This document shows positions 10,946 to 21,860 of a stretch of 64,000 nucleotides of DNA, in pieces; the first letter of the stretch is position 1, and each line of letters begins with the position of its first letter. The notes beneath the pieces were generated by a model. The model was not told where the DNA came from and made no database searches. It saw nothing but the letters and a program-made list of their open reading frames with translations. The stretch comes from Fidelibacterota bacterium (GTDB lineage: Bacteria > Fidelibacterota > Marinisomatia > Marinisomatales > TCS55), in assembly GCA_046861385.1 (NCBI GenBank), contig JBHHTW010000002.1, positions 64,001-128,000 on the forward strand. The letters are read 5' to 3'. The position numbers were made by a program, and so were the translations under genes.

Positions 10946-11051
10946 CTTTTTCTATTATTGTATTTCTGCTTATTTAATCGTTTTTGTCGCATTAATTATT
11001 TGGTTTTTAAAGCAGTATAAAATCTTGAAGGATTTACAAAAGAAAACGTAA
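10938..11051 (+). CDS. CcmD-like 37-aa membrane peptide (absent from ORF track)
   Basis: MYNFFYYCISAYLIVFVALIIWFLKQYKILKDLQKKT; overlaps the ccmC end; AY-TM-basic tail layout at the usual ccmD position. Confidence 0.7.
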   Translation: MYNFFYYCISAYLIVFVALIIWFLKQYKILKDLQKKT

Positions 11052-11076
11052 TTCACGCTTCTAAAAAGAGGGAAAT

Positions 11077-12144
11077 ATGAATAGAAAAATTGTTCATGTT
11101 ATTGGAACAGGAACGATCGGTGAACCACTTATCGGTTTATTAACGGATTATAAAACACAGTTAGGTATTGATGAAATTACCTTTCATAAAAATACACCAT
11201 TGATGAGCGATAGTTCAAAAGTGTATGATTTACAGAAACGTGGAGCGAGGTTAGCTGTAAATGAGGATCGATTCCAGGATTTTAAGGATTTGGATATGGA
11301 TCCTGATTTTGAAACTGAAGATGCAATTAAGCGCTCTTTCGTTGTAATAGATTGTACACCAAAGGGAATCGGCCACAAGAACAAAGAACAGTATTATCAT
11401 AAATTTTCATCAGATGTAAAAGGCTTTTTAGCGCAAGGGAGTGAAGATGGCTTCGGGAAAAAATATGCAAGAGGAATTAATGATCAATTCTTAAATGAAG
11501 ATGATCAATTCATTCAAATTGTCTCGTGTAACACCCATAATTTGGCATGTATAACAAATACACTTGCGTTGAATAATTCCAGAGCTGATAATTTAATTGA
11601 AGGGAAATTTGTATGTATTCGAAGGGCAAACGATATTAGCCAACCAGGCGGATTTATCCCATCACCACAAGTGGGTGGGCATAGTTCTGAAGAATACGGT
11701 TCGCATCATGCTGAGGATGCCGCCGGGTTATTCAAGACAATGAATTTTGATTTAAACTTATTTTCGTCCGCTATGAAAACCAACAGCCAATACATGCATA
11801 TTGTTTGGTTTAATTTGAAAGTAAAAGAAGCGATAACAATGCAAAATGTAATGGACCGTTTAGAAGAAAATTCCTTAGTGGCAGTAACAACAAAAGACAT
11901 GACCAGTACGGTCTTCTCATTCGGACGCGACCATGGGCATTACGGACGAATCTTAAATCAAACGGTGGTGGTGGAACAAACACTTAATGTTCGGAATGAG
12001 CATGAGATATCCGGGTTTTGTTTTACACCTCAAGACGGAAATTCTATTTTAAGCAGTATCTCCGCAGCGGAACGATTTCTTTATCCCCATGCTTATGAGG
12101 ACAAAATTCAGTGCTTATCAGAGCTCGTTTTTGACCGCATTTGA
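11077..12144 (+). CDS. Archaeal-type (class II) glyceraldehyde-3-phosphate dehydrogenase homolog
   Basis: GTGTIG, VIDCTPKGIG.KN, QGSE, VSCNT, IRRAND, SHHAED, MH motifs are collinear with archaeal GAPDH. Confidence 0.82.
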   Translation: MNRKIVHVIGTGTIGEPLIGLLTDYKTQLGIDEITFHKNTPLMSDSSKVYDLQKRGARLAVNEDRFQDFKDLDMDPDFETEDAIKRSFVVIDCTPKGIGHKNKEQYYHKFSSDVKGFLAQGSEDGFGKKYARGINDQFLNEDDQFIQIVSCNTHNLACITNTLALNNSRADNLIEGKFVCIRRANDISQPGGFIPSPQVGGHSSEEYGSHHAEDAAGLFKTMNFDLNLFSSAMKTNSQYMHIVWFNLKVKEAITMQNVMDRLEENSLVAVTTKDMTSTVFSFGRDHGHYGRILNQTVVVEQTLNVRNEHEISGFCFTPQDGNSILSSISAAERFLYPHAYEDKIQCLSELVFDRI

Positions 12145-12773
12145 ATATTAACGTTCATGTAATCGTCACAGGACCCTTTCAGGAAAATACATTTATTATT
12201 TCTGATTCAATTACGGGTGATACTGTGTTTATTGATCCGGGTGATAATTCTGATAGTTTGATATCTGAGATTGACAAAAACAATCTTCATCCCCTCGCTA
12301 TCATTAATACACATGCACACATTGATCACATCGGTGCTGTCTCCTCGTTACAAACAAAATGGAATATTCCATTCTATCTCCATAAAAAGGAGCAAATGGT
12401 TTTGGACACCTTTGAGCAAACCTGTCGATTATTTGGACTCCCTACGAGTGATAAACCATGTGTAGATTACTGGATCGATTCAGAAGATGATTTGGAAATT
12501 GGTGCATTGCATTTTAAGGTAATGTTTACGCCAGGTCATACACCTGGAGGCATCACATTGATAACCGGAGGACATGTGTTTTCCGGAGATACACTTTTTA
12601 ATGGATCAGTCGGGAGAACCGATCTTCCGGGCGGAGATTGGAATACTTTAGAATCATCTTTGAAAAAAATGGTTAAACAAATTGATCCCAATATGATTAT
12701 TCATACTGGACATGGATCTGACACAACAATGGGGAGAGAGCAATTAGAAAACCCATTTTTAATTCGTTTATAA
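12141..12773 (+). CDS. MBL-fold metallo-hydrolase (glyoxalase II/YcbL-like)
   Basis: THAHIDH, PGHTPG, SGDTLF, GRTDLPGG. Confidence 0.92.
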   Translation: MNINVHVIVTGPFQENTFIISDSITGDTVFIDPGDNSDSLISEIDKNNLHPLAIINTHAHIDHIGAVSSLQTKWNIPFYLHKKEQMVLDTFEQTCRLFGLPTSDKPCVDYWIDSEDDLEIGALHFKVMFTPGHTPGGITLITGGHVFSGDTLFNGSVGRTDLPGGDWNTLESSLKKMVKQIDPNMIIHTGHGSDTTMGREQLENPFLIRL

Positions 12774-12793
12774 AACGGTCTAAATTATAAGCT

Positions 12794-13741
12794 ATGAAAG
12801 TTACGAAAATTATTAAAGAAGCAGACAAACCCCTATTCAGTTATGAAATAATGCCACCCCTGCGCGGAGGAAGTGCAGAGAAAATTTTTCAACTGGTTGA
12901 AGACCTTATGCCATATAATCCACCTTTTATAGATTTGACCAGTCGGTCTGCAGAAATTGAATATTTTGATACACCAAATGGAAAGTTCGAGCGTCATGTT
13001 CGAAGAAAACGCCCTGGAACAATTGGTTTAAGCGCCGCTATTAAAAACCGTTTTAACGTCGAAACTGTTCCTCACCTCCTTTGTAATGGCTTTACGCGTG
13101 AGGAAACGGAAGATGCTTTGATTGAATTGAATTATTTAAATATTTTGAATGTACTTGCTGTGAGAGGTGATGATTTAAGACGGAATGTCGATACTCGACA
13201 TAAAACCATTAACGTTTATGCAAATGATTTGGTCAATCAAATTGTTGAGTTGAATGCAGGACATTATTTGGACGAATTACTGGATGCGAGTGCTACAGAT
13301 TTTTGCATTGGGGTGGGAGGCTATCCTGAGAAACATTTTGAAGCAATAAGTTTTGACACAGATTTAAAATATCTCAAACAAAAAGTGGATGCTGGAGCCG
13401 ATTATATTGTGACTCAAATGTTTTTTGATAATAAAAACTTTTTTAAGTTTGTTGAAAGAGCAAGAGCAGCGGGGATCAAAATTCCAATTATTCCCGGTTT
13501 AAAAATATTAACATTAAAACGGCATTTAGAACATATTCCGAAAAATTTTTACGTTAAGATTCCTGATAGCCTTGCTCAGCAGGTTGAGGATGCAAAAACA
13601 GATAGTGAGGTGAAAAATATCGGTTTGAAATGGGCTATTGACCAAACAAAAGAATTATACAATGCTGAGGTTCCGTGCATTCATTTTTATATTATGCAAT
13701 CTGCGACTCAAGTGGTTAATGTTGTGAAAGAATTCGTATGA
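12794..13741 (+). CDS. metF: 5,10-methylenetetrahydrofolate reductase
   Basis: SYEIMPP, VPHL, RGD, GYPEKH, KVDAGADYIVTQMFFD. Confidence 0.95.
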   Translation: MKVTKIIKEADKPLFSYEIMPPLRGGSAEKIFQLVEDLMPYNPPFIDLTSRSAEIEYFDTPNGKFERHVRRKRPGTIGLSAAIKNRFNVETVPHLLCNGFTREETEDALIELNYLNILNVLAVRGDDLRRNVDTRHKTINVYANDLVNQIVELNAGHYLDELLDASATDFCIGVGGYPEKHFEAISFDTDLKYLKQKVDAGADYIVTQMFFDNKNFFKFVERARAAGIKIPIIPGLKILTLKRHLEHIPKNFYVKIPDSLAQQVEDAKTDSEVKNIGLKWAIDQTKELYNAEVPCIHFYIMQSATQVVNVVKEFV

Positions 13742-15090
13742 CACTTTTGTTGAAATTCCGAAATCATGTTTCCGAAAGAAAGTTGATCTCATTCAATGAT
13801 CATATCCTGATGGGTGTCTCAGGTGGTGCAGATTCAATGGTGCTTTGCCATTTAATGAGTCAATTACAGGATGAATATCAATTGAAATTATCTGTGATCC
13901 ACGTTCAACATCACTTAAGAAAAGATGCTGAAGCGGATGCGCAATTTGTGAAGTCTTTTTGTGAAATGAATCGTATCTCTTTTTATAGGGAAGATATTGA
14001 TCCCTCTTCTAAACGAAAAAATCAAAGTACGGAAGCATGGGCTCGTAAAAATCGATATTTACTTTTTAATAAATGTAAAAATGCAATAGAAGCAGATAAA
14101 ATTGTCACAGCACATCATGGTGATGATCAAATTGAAACCATTCTTCTCCATATTGCCGATGGATCAGGAATGAACGGAGTCCTGGGGATCCGTGAAGAAA
14201 TGAAATATATTATTCGGCCGCTGTTACCATTTTCACGACAGGAAATCAAGGCTTATGCTGGGGAAAATAATTTACATTTCGTCGAAGATAGCACCAATAA
14301 TGATTTGTCTCATCCTCGGAATTATTTGAGGAAAAATATCATACCAAATTGGAAACAACAAACTCCCGGTTTGGTTTCTTCAGTGCGAACTCTGACAGAA
14401 AATGTTAGGGAATCAAAAGAGGTTATGGATTTTCTAATTCAAAAATCTATCAGTGATTATGTTGAATTTGTGAGCAAAGATAGAATGATTATTGCTTCGA
14501 TTGATGATGGAGAAGAACCTGCTTCTTTTCGTAGTTATCTTATTAAGTCCCTTATCGCCAGAAATGAGTTATGGCGCCGGCATGATTGGATGAACTTGAA
14601 GGAGTTTATTCAACGCTCATGTACCGGAACAGTTTTATCTATTAATCATTATGCGTTGTTAAAAGATCGTGGTCGGATTATTATTCAAAAAGAGATGCGG
14701 CGAGATGAGAAGGTATATACTGTTCATGCCGGAGATGATTTTTCTACGAATCATTTTAGATTTTCATGGACACCAACGGAGTCAGTTGATATTGAAAGAG
14801 CAAATCATGAATATGAAACAGTGGATGCGGAAAAACTCTGTCAAAATGTACACCTCCGAATTTGGGAAAGCAGAGATAGATTTCAGCCTCTCGGGATGGA
14901 GGGACACAAGAAAATGAGTGATTTTCTTGTCGATTGTAAAATGGATCGGTTTCAGAAAAATGATCAATATGTTTTGGCAAACGATAGTGAAATTCTTTGG
15001 GTGTGCGGTCAGAGGATCAGTGAACGTATTAAAATAACTGAACACACAACTCAAATGGCGGAACTTTCATTTCATACCGTTGTAGCTTAA
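13738..15090 (+). CDS. tilS: tRNA(Ile)-lysidine synthetase
   Basis: PP-loop SGGADS, TAHHGDDQIET, RPLL, EDSTN; tilS-hpt-ftsH synteny. Confidence 0.95.
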   Translation: MTLLLKFRNHVSERKLISFNDHILMGVSGGADSMVLCHLMSQLQDEYQLKLSVIHVQHHLRKDAEADAQFVKSFCEMNRISFYREDIDPSSKRKNQSTEAWARKNRYLLFNKCKNAIEADKIVTAHHGDDQIETILLHIADGSGMNGVLGIREEMKYIIRPLLPFSRQEIKAYAGENNLHFVEDSTNNDLSHPRNYLRKNIIPNWKQQTPGLVSSVRTLTENVRESKEVMDFLIQKSISDYVEFVSKDRMIIASIDDGEEPASFRSYLIKSLIARNELWRRHDWMNLKEFIQRSCTGTVLSINHYALLKDRGRIIIQKEMRRDEKVYTVHAGDDFSTNHFRFSWTPTESVDIERANHEYETVDAEKLCQNVHLRIWESRDRFQPLGMEGHKKMSDFLVDCKMDRFQKNDQYVLANDSEILWVCGQRISERIKITEHTTQMAELSFHTVVA

Positions 15091-15092
15091 CC

Positions 15093-15623
15093 ATGAAATT
15101 TCACAATTATAACTTAACTCCCGTAGTTGAGAAAGAGACGATTCAAAAACGCATTTCAGAAATCGCAGCGGAAATTTCAGAGAAATTTAAAAATGAAGTC
15201 CCCATTCTTATTGGCATATTAAACGGGAGTTTTATTTTTATGGCCGATCTTATTCGTTCCCTGGATATTGACTGTGAAATGGATTTCATTAAACTGGCCA
15301 GTTATCATGGTGATAAATCGACAGGTACCGTTAGACTTCTAAAAGATATATCTGCGGACATTACCGGAAGGCATGTCATCATCGTTGAGGATATTATTGA
15401 TTCGGGCTTAACCATAAAATTCATTAAAGATCGAATGAGAGAAGCTGGTCCAAAATCTCTGACTATAGTCACATTATTATTAAAACCTGAAGTGGCCGAT
15501 CTTGATTTTCCTATTGAAATAGTAGGATTTGAAATTGCACCGGATTTTGTTGTAGGATACGGGTTGGATTATGACCAGAAACTGCGCCATTTGCCGGCTA
15601 TTTATCGATTAGAAAAGGAATAA
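15093..15623 (+). CDS. hpt: Hypoxanthine phosphoribosyltransferase
   Basis: IIVEDIIDSGLT, FVVGYGLDY. Confidence 0.96.
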   Translation: MKFHNYNLTPVVEKETIQKRISEIAAEISEKFKNEVPILIGILNGSFIFMADLIRSLDIDCEMDFIKLASYHGDKSTGTVRLLKDISADITGRHVIIVEDIIDSGLTIKFIKDRMREAGPKSLTIVTLLLKPEVADLDFPIEIVGFEIAPDFVVGYGLDYDQKLRHLPAIYRLEKE

Positions 15624-15624
15624 G

Positions 15625-17712
15625 ATGTCATTGGAAAAAAATAAGTTGAATTTGAAGGAGAAGAAAAACCAAAATCCAGCGAAACGCAAAAAGCCTGATC
15701 AGGGACAGACAAGAGATAAAAAAAACGAATTTGAATGGAAACGTGCAGGAAAAACGTCAATGATTTGGCTGTTAATTTTGATGGCTGCCATATTTTTATC
15801 TGGAATCCTTACCTCGGGCGAACAGTCAGTCGAAATCCAATATTTTCAATATCAGAAATTCCTAAAGGAACGTTTGATTTCCAACGCTGATATTATTGAT
15901 AAAGTATTTTATGGAGAATTTTCTACTCCTCAGACTATTGAAACAAAAATGGGTACGGTTGAAAATGTCCAAAAGTTTTATGTTATTATTCCATTTATAG
16001 ACAAAGATGTCATGACAGAATGGGACGCATTCGGCGTCAATTATAATTTTAAAGCCAAATCAGTTGATTGGACAGGTTATTTTTTAAATATGCTCCCATG
16101 GATTTTACTCATCGGGATATGGATATTCTTTATTCGCCGAATGCAAGGTGGTGGCGGAGGTATGAAAAGTATTTTCAATTTTGGAAAAAGCAGAGCCAAA
16201 ATTGGGACTTCTGATATGACAAAAGTCACTTTTGACGACGTAGCCGGATGCATAGAAGCAAAAGAAGAATTGAAGGAAGTAATCGAATTTCTAAAAAAAC
16301 CAAAACGGTTTCAAAAATTAGGAGCGAAAATACCGAAAGGGGCATTATTGGTAGGACCACCGGGAACAGGGAAAACACTCCTGGCAAGAGCGGTTGCAGG
16401 TGAAGCGGATGTACCATTTTATAATTTAAGCGGTGCTGATTTCGTTGAAATGTTTGTAGGTGTGGGCGCTTCCCGCGTTCGGGATCTTTTTGATCAAGGA
16501 AAGAAAAATTCACCTTGCATTGTTTTTATAGATGAATTGGATGCTGTGGGACGCCAACGGGGTGCCGGTCTTGGTGGTGGTCATGATGAACGTGAACAAA
16601 CCTTAAATCAGCTCTTGGTTGAAATGGACGGGTTTAATTCCGATCAAATGGTTATTGTGCTGGCTGCAACAAACAGGCCCGATGTATTAGATCCTGCATT
16701 GTTAAGACCGGGAAGATTTGATCGTCAAATTGTCGTAGATGCTCCGGATTTAAAAGGTCGCTTGGGTATACTAAAGGTGCATATCAAAAAAATTGTAATT
16801 AATAAACGTAAAGTGAATTTGGAAACCCTAGCCCGTGGGACTCCTGGACTTGTGGGTGCGGATTTAGCCAATTTAGTGAACGAAGCTGCGCTGTTAGCCG
16901 CAAGAAAGAGAAAACAGTCCGTGGATATGGATGATTTTGAAGATGCAAAAGATAAAGTGCTAATGGGGATACAGCGGAAAAGTATGATCCTTTCCGACGA
17001 AGAAAAGAAAGTAACAGCGTACCATGAATCGGGACATACATTAGTGGCAACTCTGATCCCCGGGGCAGACCCCATGCATAAAGTAACTATTATTCCCCGT
17101 GGGCGGGCACTCGGTGTTACTGCTCAAATACCTATAGATGAGAAACATAACTATTCTCGGGATTATATTGAAGGTCGTTTGGCCATTTTACTCGGAGGCA
17201 GGGCTGCTGAACAACTCATTTTCGACGAATTGACAACCGGCGCCGGGGATGACATTGAAAAAGCCACTGCCATTGCCAGGAAGATGGTTTGTGAATGGGG
17301 TATGAGTGATGCACTTGGACCTATGACATTTGGTAAGAAGAATGAAGAAGTATTTCTTGGAAGAGAGATTCAAACCCACCGCGATTTTAGTGAAGCAACC
17401 GCCAGGATGATTGATGAAGAAGTGGTTCGAATTATTCGAAAGGCTCAACAAACAGCAGCAAGTTTATTGAAGAATAATTTGATCATTCTTGATACCATGG
17501 CTGAAGGTCTTCTGAAGTATGAAACACTGGATAGTAAAGACATCAGTAGAATTTTAGAAGGAAAAAAACTGATCCGTTCCAAGAATGGTAAACCACGCCG
17601 AAAACGGTCAAAACGACGAAAAATCAACCATCCAAAAAAATCAACCTCACCCAAAAGTCCAACAAAGGCAATAGATTCTCCTGCTTCTCAAAAGAGAATC
17701 CATAAACCATAA
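15625..17712 (+). CDS. ftsH: ATP-dependent zinc metalloprotease FtsH
   Basis: Two TM segments, [28 protein letters not shown]. Confidence 0.98.
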   Translation: MSLEKNKLNLKEKKNQNPAKRKKPDQGQTRDKKNEFEWKRAGKTSMIWLLILMAAIFLSGILTSGEQSVEIQYFQYQKFLKERLISNADIIDKVFYGEFSTPQTIETKMGTVENVQKFYVIIPFIDKDVMTEWDAFGVNYNFKAKSVDWTGYFLNMLPWILLIGIWIFFIRRMQGGGGGMKSIFNFGKSRAKIGTSDMTKVTFDDVAGCIEAKEELKEVIEFLKKPKRFQKLGAKIPKGALLVGPPGTGKTLLARAVAGEADVPFYNLSGADFVEMFVGVGASRVRDLFDQGKKNSPCIVFIDELDAVGRQRGAGLGGGHDEREQTLNQLLVEMDGFNSDQMVIVLAATNRPDVLDPALLRPGRFDRQIVVDAPDLKGRLGILKVHIKKIVINKRKVNLETLARGTPGLVGADLANLVNEAALLAARKRKQSVDMDDFEDAKDKVLMGIQRKSMILSDEEKKVTAYHESGHTLVATLIPGADPMHKVTIIPRGRALGVTAQIPIDEKHNYSRDYIEGRLAILLGGRAAEQLIFDELTTGAGDDIEKATAIARKMVCEWGMSDALGPMTFGKKNEEVFLGREIQTHRDFSEATARMIDEEVVRIIRKAQQTAASLLKNNLIILDTMAEGLLKYETLDSKDISRILEGKKLIRSKNGKPRRKRSKRRKINHPKKSTSPKSPTKAIDSPASQKRIHKP

Positions 17713-17793
17713 TGTGCTAAAAAAGCTCTCGCAAAAGACTCAATCTATCCAACATATCAAGTCTCCTCGGATGGCAGGAGATGAAATAAACTA

Positions 17794-18633
17794 ATGGCTC
17801 TTCCGTCTAATTGGAAGAAATTGCATATTCAAAATTCTCCTACATTTATTATGGGTATATTAAATGTTACACCAGACTCCTTTAGTGACGGCGGGCGATA
17901 TTTTAATTTGGAGTCAGCTGTTGAGCACACATTAAAAATGGTGGCTGATGGAGCTGATATTATTGATATTGGTGGAGAATCCACTCGGCCGGGAGCCGAT
18001 CCGGTATCACTGGAGGAGGAACTCAATAGGGTCGTTCCAGTGATAGAATCCATTCGATCACATTCCGACATTTGTATTTCAATAGATTCATATAAGGCAA
18101 CGGTCGCTGACAGAGCGGTTGCAGCGGGTGCCGATATCATTAATGATATCAGCGGGTTACAGTTTGATCATCGTATGATAGAGATTGCATGTGAATCTGA
18201 TGTTCCCGTAGTTATTATGCACATGAAGGGGAATCCACGGAATATGCAAAAGAATCCATTTTATAAGGACTTAATGCAAGAAATGGTTGCATTTTTTCAG
18301 GAACGTGTGAAGTTTTGTAGACGAAATGGGATAAAAAATGAAAATATCATACTCGACCCGGGAATTGGCTTTGGAAAAAGAGTTCAGGATAATTACGAAT
18401 TGTTAAGAGAACTTCACCAATTAAAAAACCTTGGATTCCCAATATTAACGGGACCTTCCCGAAAATCATTTATTGGAACAACATTAAGTTCATCAGTCGA
18501 AAATCGGTTTGAAGGGACCGTGGCCGCTGTAACTGCATCCATATTAAACGGAGCAAAAATAGTACGCGTACACGATGTAAAAGAAATGAAACAAGCCGTA
18601 GTAATTGCAGATGAAATTCGAGGGATTGCATAA
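17794..18633 (+). CDS. folP: Dihydropteroate synthase
   Basis: MGILNVTPDSFSDGG, GGESTRPG, SRKSF, RVHDV. Confidence 0.97.
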   Translation: MALPSNWKKLHIQNSPTFIMGILNVTPDSFSDGGRYFNLESAVEHTLKMVADGADIIDIGGESTRPGADPVSLEEELNRVVPVIESIRSHSDICISIDSYKATVADRAVAAGADIINDISGLQFDHRMIEIACESDVPVVIMHMKGNPRNMQKNPFYKDLMQEMVAFFQERVKFCRRNGIKNENIILDPGIGFGKRVQDNYELLRELHQLKNLGFPILTGPSRKSFIGTTLSSSVENRFEGTVAAVTASILNGAKIVRVHDVKEMKQAVVIADEIRGIA

Positions 18634-19409
18634 TGGAATTATTTAAAATTGGTTTTTTAACTGTATCCCTCATTGATATAATAGATTTAGCGCTGGTGAG
18701 CTGGTTATTTTATAGAATTTATCAGTATTTTAAGGAAACCAGGGCGGGACAGATGCTTGTGGGACTTATTATTTTGTTGATCGCATCCTTTATTTTTAAT
18801 GCGATTGGTTTTAGTGCATCATCATGGCTGGTGAATCAATTCCAAACGGTTTGGGTAGTGGCGTTTGTTATTTTGTTTCAACCTGAATTACGCAGAATGC
18901 TTATTTACATAGGACAAACACGATTATTCCAAACCATTTTCCGCATGGGTACGTCAAAATCTATTGAAGAATTGGTGGATGCTATCAATAACCTCATAGA
19001 AAACAAGTGGGGGGCTTTGATTGTTATCCAGAGAGAAACCGGTTTACGAATTTATAAAGAAGCCGGTACGCAGTTAAAAGCAGAAGTTTCGTCCGCATTA
19101 ATTCAATCAATTTTTAATCCAAAGTCGCCTCTTCATGACGGGGCAATCATTATCCAAAATGAAATAATAGAATCTGCAGCAAGTATTTTACCTCTAACTG
19201 AAAGCAGTATGGTTGACCCGGCCATGGGAACACGTCATCGGGCTGCTCTTGGAATCACGGAAGAATCGGATGCAATCGCCATTGTCGTTTCCGAGGAAAA
19301 ACAACGCATATCTGTCGCGGAAAACGGTCGGTTTATGAATATTGGAATGGATGAAATGGAATTACGTCGTTTTCTCAATGAACAGCTTTTTATGTCTTCA
19401 GGGGATTAA
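18633..19409 (+). CDS. cdaA: Membrane-bound diadenylate cyclase
   Basis: Three TM segments, FQPELRR, PLHDGA, GTRHRAA. Confidence 0.94.
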   Translation: MELFKIGFLTVSLIDIIDLALVSWLFYRIYQYFKETRAGQMLVGLIILLIASFIFNAIGFSASSWLVNQFQTVWVVAFVILFQPELRRMLIYIGQTRLFQTIFRMGTSKSIEELVDAINNLIENKWGALIVIQRETGLRIYKEAGTQLKAEVSSALIQSIFNPKSPLHDGAIIIQNEIIESAASILPLTESSMVDPAMGTRHRAALGITEESDAIAIVVSEEKQRISVAENGRFMNIGMDEMELRRFLNEQLFMSSGD

Positions 19410-20170
19410 TGCAGGAAATTACCGGTGAAATTTGGGCATACGCCCTGGGGAGTGTTTTAATTGTAAGCCTTATTTCATTAGTGGGAATTGTAACATTGAC
19501 CTTCTCTCGTGTATTTTTAAATAAAATTCTACTTTTTCTTGTAAGCTTTGCAGTTGGGAGTTTATTGGGTGGTGCTTTTATTCATTTGATTCCGGAAGCA
19601 TTTGATTCTGACCTGGATACTTTAGTTGTTTCCGGGGCGGTGTTATCCGGAATTGTTCTCTTTTTTGTCTTAGAAAAATTTCTTCGCTGGAGGCATTGTC
19701 ATCATGAAACCACGGAGAATCACGTTCATCCAGTGGTCCCAATGAATATTTTCGGCGATGCAATGCATAATTTTATTGACGGTATCCTTATTGGTATTTC
19801 CTACGCTGTCAGTATTCCAATTGGCTTGGCCACTACCGTGGCTGTATTGCTTCATGAAATTCCTCAGGAAATTGGAGATTTTGGAATTCTGGTTCATGGC
19901 GGATTGACAGTTCGGAAAGCATTATTTTTTAATTATGCTTCTGCTCTCACTTCATTTTTAGGGGTTGTAATTGCATTAATGTTAGGTTCTTCAATGGAAA
20001 ATTTCGCCCTGTTCTTATTGCCCCTTACAGCCGGAGGTTTTATTTATATTGCCGGATCAGACTTGATTCCAGAACTCCATGATAATACGGATATTTCCAT
20101 ATCCATTTTACAGTTGATCGCCTTACTTGGAGGAATTGGTGTTATGTTTGGATTAACGGCTATTTTTTAA
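19409..20170 (+). CDS. ZIP family metal transporter
   Basis: HNFIDG and HEIPQE motifs, His-rich loop. Confidence 0.93.
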   Translation: MQEITGEIWAYALGSVLIVSLISLVGIVTLTFSRVFLNKILLFLVSFAVGSLLGGAFIHLIPEAFDSDLDTLVVSGAVLSGIVLFFVLEKFLRWRHCHHETTENHVHPVVPMNIFGDAMHNFIDGILIGISYAVSIPIGLATTVAVLLHEIPQEIGDFGILVHGGLTVRKALFFNYASALTSFLGVVIALMLGSSMENFALFLLPLTAGGFIYIAGSDLIPELHDNTDISISILQLIALLGGIGVMFGLTAIF

Positions 20171-20206
20171 ACATCTTTCATATTTAATAAAATTTTAAAT
20201 TCAATT

Positions 20207-21302
20207 ATGGAATTACTGGACTTAAAAAACAACTACTCATCTGCGGAAACCAAGCATCACGAACTCCGGAGGCATCTTTGACCTCGAGTCAAAGAAAATT
20301 GAATTAGAAAAACTCCGCCTGAAGTCCGGCGCACCGGATTTTTGGAATGACAACAATGCCGCCCAGGCAATCCTGAAAAAAATATCCCTATTAGAAAAAG
20401 AACTCACCCTGTGGACAGATTTGGAAACGCGCCACGGTGATGTGGAGGTATTATTGGAGTTTGCTGAAAGCGGTGATGCAGAATTGGAGGAGGTAGCTGA
20501 AGAACTTCAATCTTATGCAAAAATCATAGAAGAAGTTGAATTAAAAATGATCTTGGGTGATGACCAGGATACGCTTGACGCTATTGTGACCATCCACCCG
20601 GGAGCAGGCGGCACAGAAAGCCAGGACTGGGCAGAAATGCTTTATCGGATGTATAGCCGTTGGGTGGAGAAAAAAGATTTTAAAAAAGAAATGATGGATT
20701 ACCAGCCGGGAGATGAAGCAGGACTGAAGGATGTAACTTTTGAGGTAAAAGGAGATTATGCTTTCGGCTTATTGAAAGCAGAAGCAGGTATTCATCGTTT
20801 GGTTCGTATTTCACCTTTCGATTCCAATAGCCGCCGCCATACGTCTTTTGCATCTGTATTTGTTTACCCCAGCAGTGATGAAGAGATCGAAATTGAAATT
20901 GATCCTAGCGATCTGCGGATTGATACCTATCGAGCCAGTGGTGCAGGCGGACAGCATGTAAATAAGACTGATTCAGCCATCCGTATTACCTATATTCCTA
21001 CGGGTATAGTGGCTCAATGCCAAAATGAACGTTCGCAACATAAAAATAAGGCTACAGCCCTGAAAGTGTTAAAAGCGCGACTATACCAATTGGAAGTTGA
21101 TAAACAAAAAGAAGACGCACAGGAATTGGAGGATACCAAAATGGATATTGGTTGGGGGAGTCAGATTCGGTCCTACGTATTTCATCCATATAATATGGTG
21201 AAGGATCATCGTACTAAAGAGGAAACTGGGAATATTTCAGCTGTAATGGACGGGGATTTGGACAAATTTATACGAGCGTATTTGATCAGCCGGTTGAAAT
21301 AG
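20207..21302 (+). CDS. prfB: Peptide chain release factor 2 with programmed +1 frameshift
   Basis: ATG 20207 opens 24 codons ending CTT-TGA-C (20276-20282); the +1 frame continues DLESKK...FWND into the SPF/GGQ-containing ORF. Confidence 0.97.
20268..20282 (+). promoter_or_regulatory. RF2 autoregulatory frameshift site
   Basis: GGAGG-cat-CTTTGAC: internal SD 3 nt before the slippery CTT TGA. Confidence 0.95.
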
Positions 21303-21397
21303 TAAAGTCCGGATTTGACTTTTTCCGAAATGGTAATAAATTATTAAAAGTAAGCATGAGAATTAGCTTTTATCACAAATTTAATATGAGTTAAACA

Positions 21398-21424
21398 GTA
21401 GCCCCGATATGAGTGTCGGGACTA
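21398..21424. repeat. GTAG-led REP-like hairpin
   Basis: gtagccccgata-tgag-tgtcgggacta, imperfect palindrome. Confidence 0.5.
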
Positions 21425-21720
21425 TTAAATTATTACATCTTTTTAGTGTTTACCGTTTCTGGTGATATTGGTTAAAATAATTTCATTTCGATGGGATTCA
21501 CCGGCAGTACTGATAATCACACCGATTCGTCTACTATCGGAGTTAATCGCCAATCATCAGCCCAAAAATTAAACAAGGAAGGGGTAACTTGATTGTAACT
21601 TCAATATATGGAGGTTGCCTGACTCCGAAGGAGTAGTATGAACTTTACTCAATATAGTACATTTAGACGTATGTTGGGGTAACTGAAATAGTCTTAATAT
21701 ATTCTAATGCCTTTTAAAAA

Positions 21721-21775
21721 GTACTGCAGACATTCTTGTCTGCAGTATGACAGACAAGAATATCTGTCATATATC
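21721..21775. repeat. REP-like doublet, family A copy 1
   Basis: TACTGCAGACA-ttct-TGTCTGCAGTA followed by ATGACAGA..TCTGTCAT; homologs at 58489, 58612 and 61897. Confidence 0.85.
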
Positions 21776-21860
21776 CACAACAAACTTAAACTGATAATTT
21801 TTTTCAGGTATGGTTTTATTCCACGAAATTTCCATCCACATCGAGCAAAAGTCGTTCGCC

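Noticed and set aside
4521-12793. Cobalamin riboswitch before the mutase or SAM riboswitch before metF
   Set aside because: The spacers are only 54 and 20 bp and show no aptamer motifs
20421-21302. Truncated or pseudogenised prfB
   Set aside because: Explained by the canonical programmed frameshift at 20276-20282
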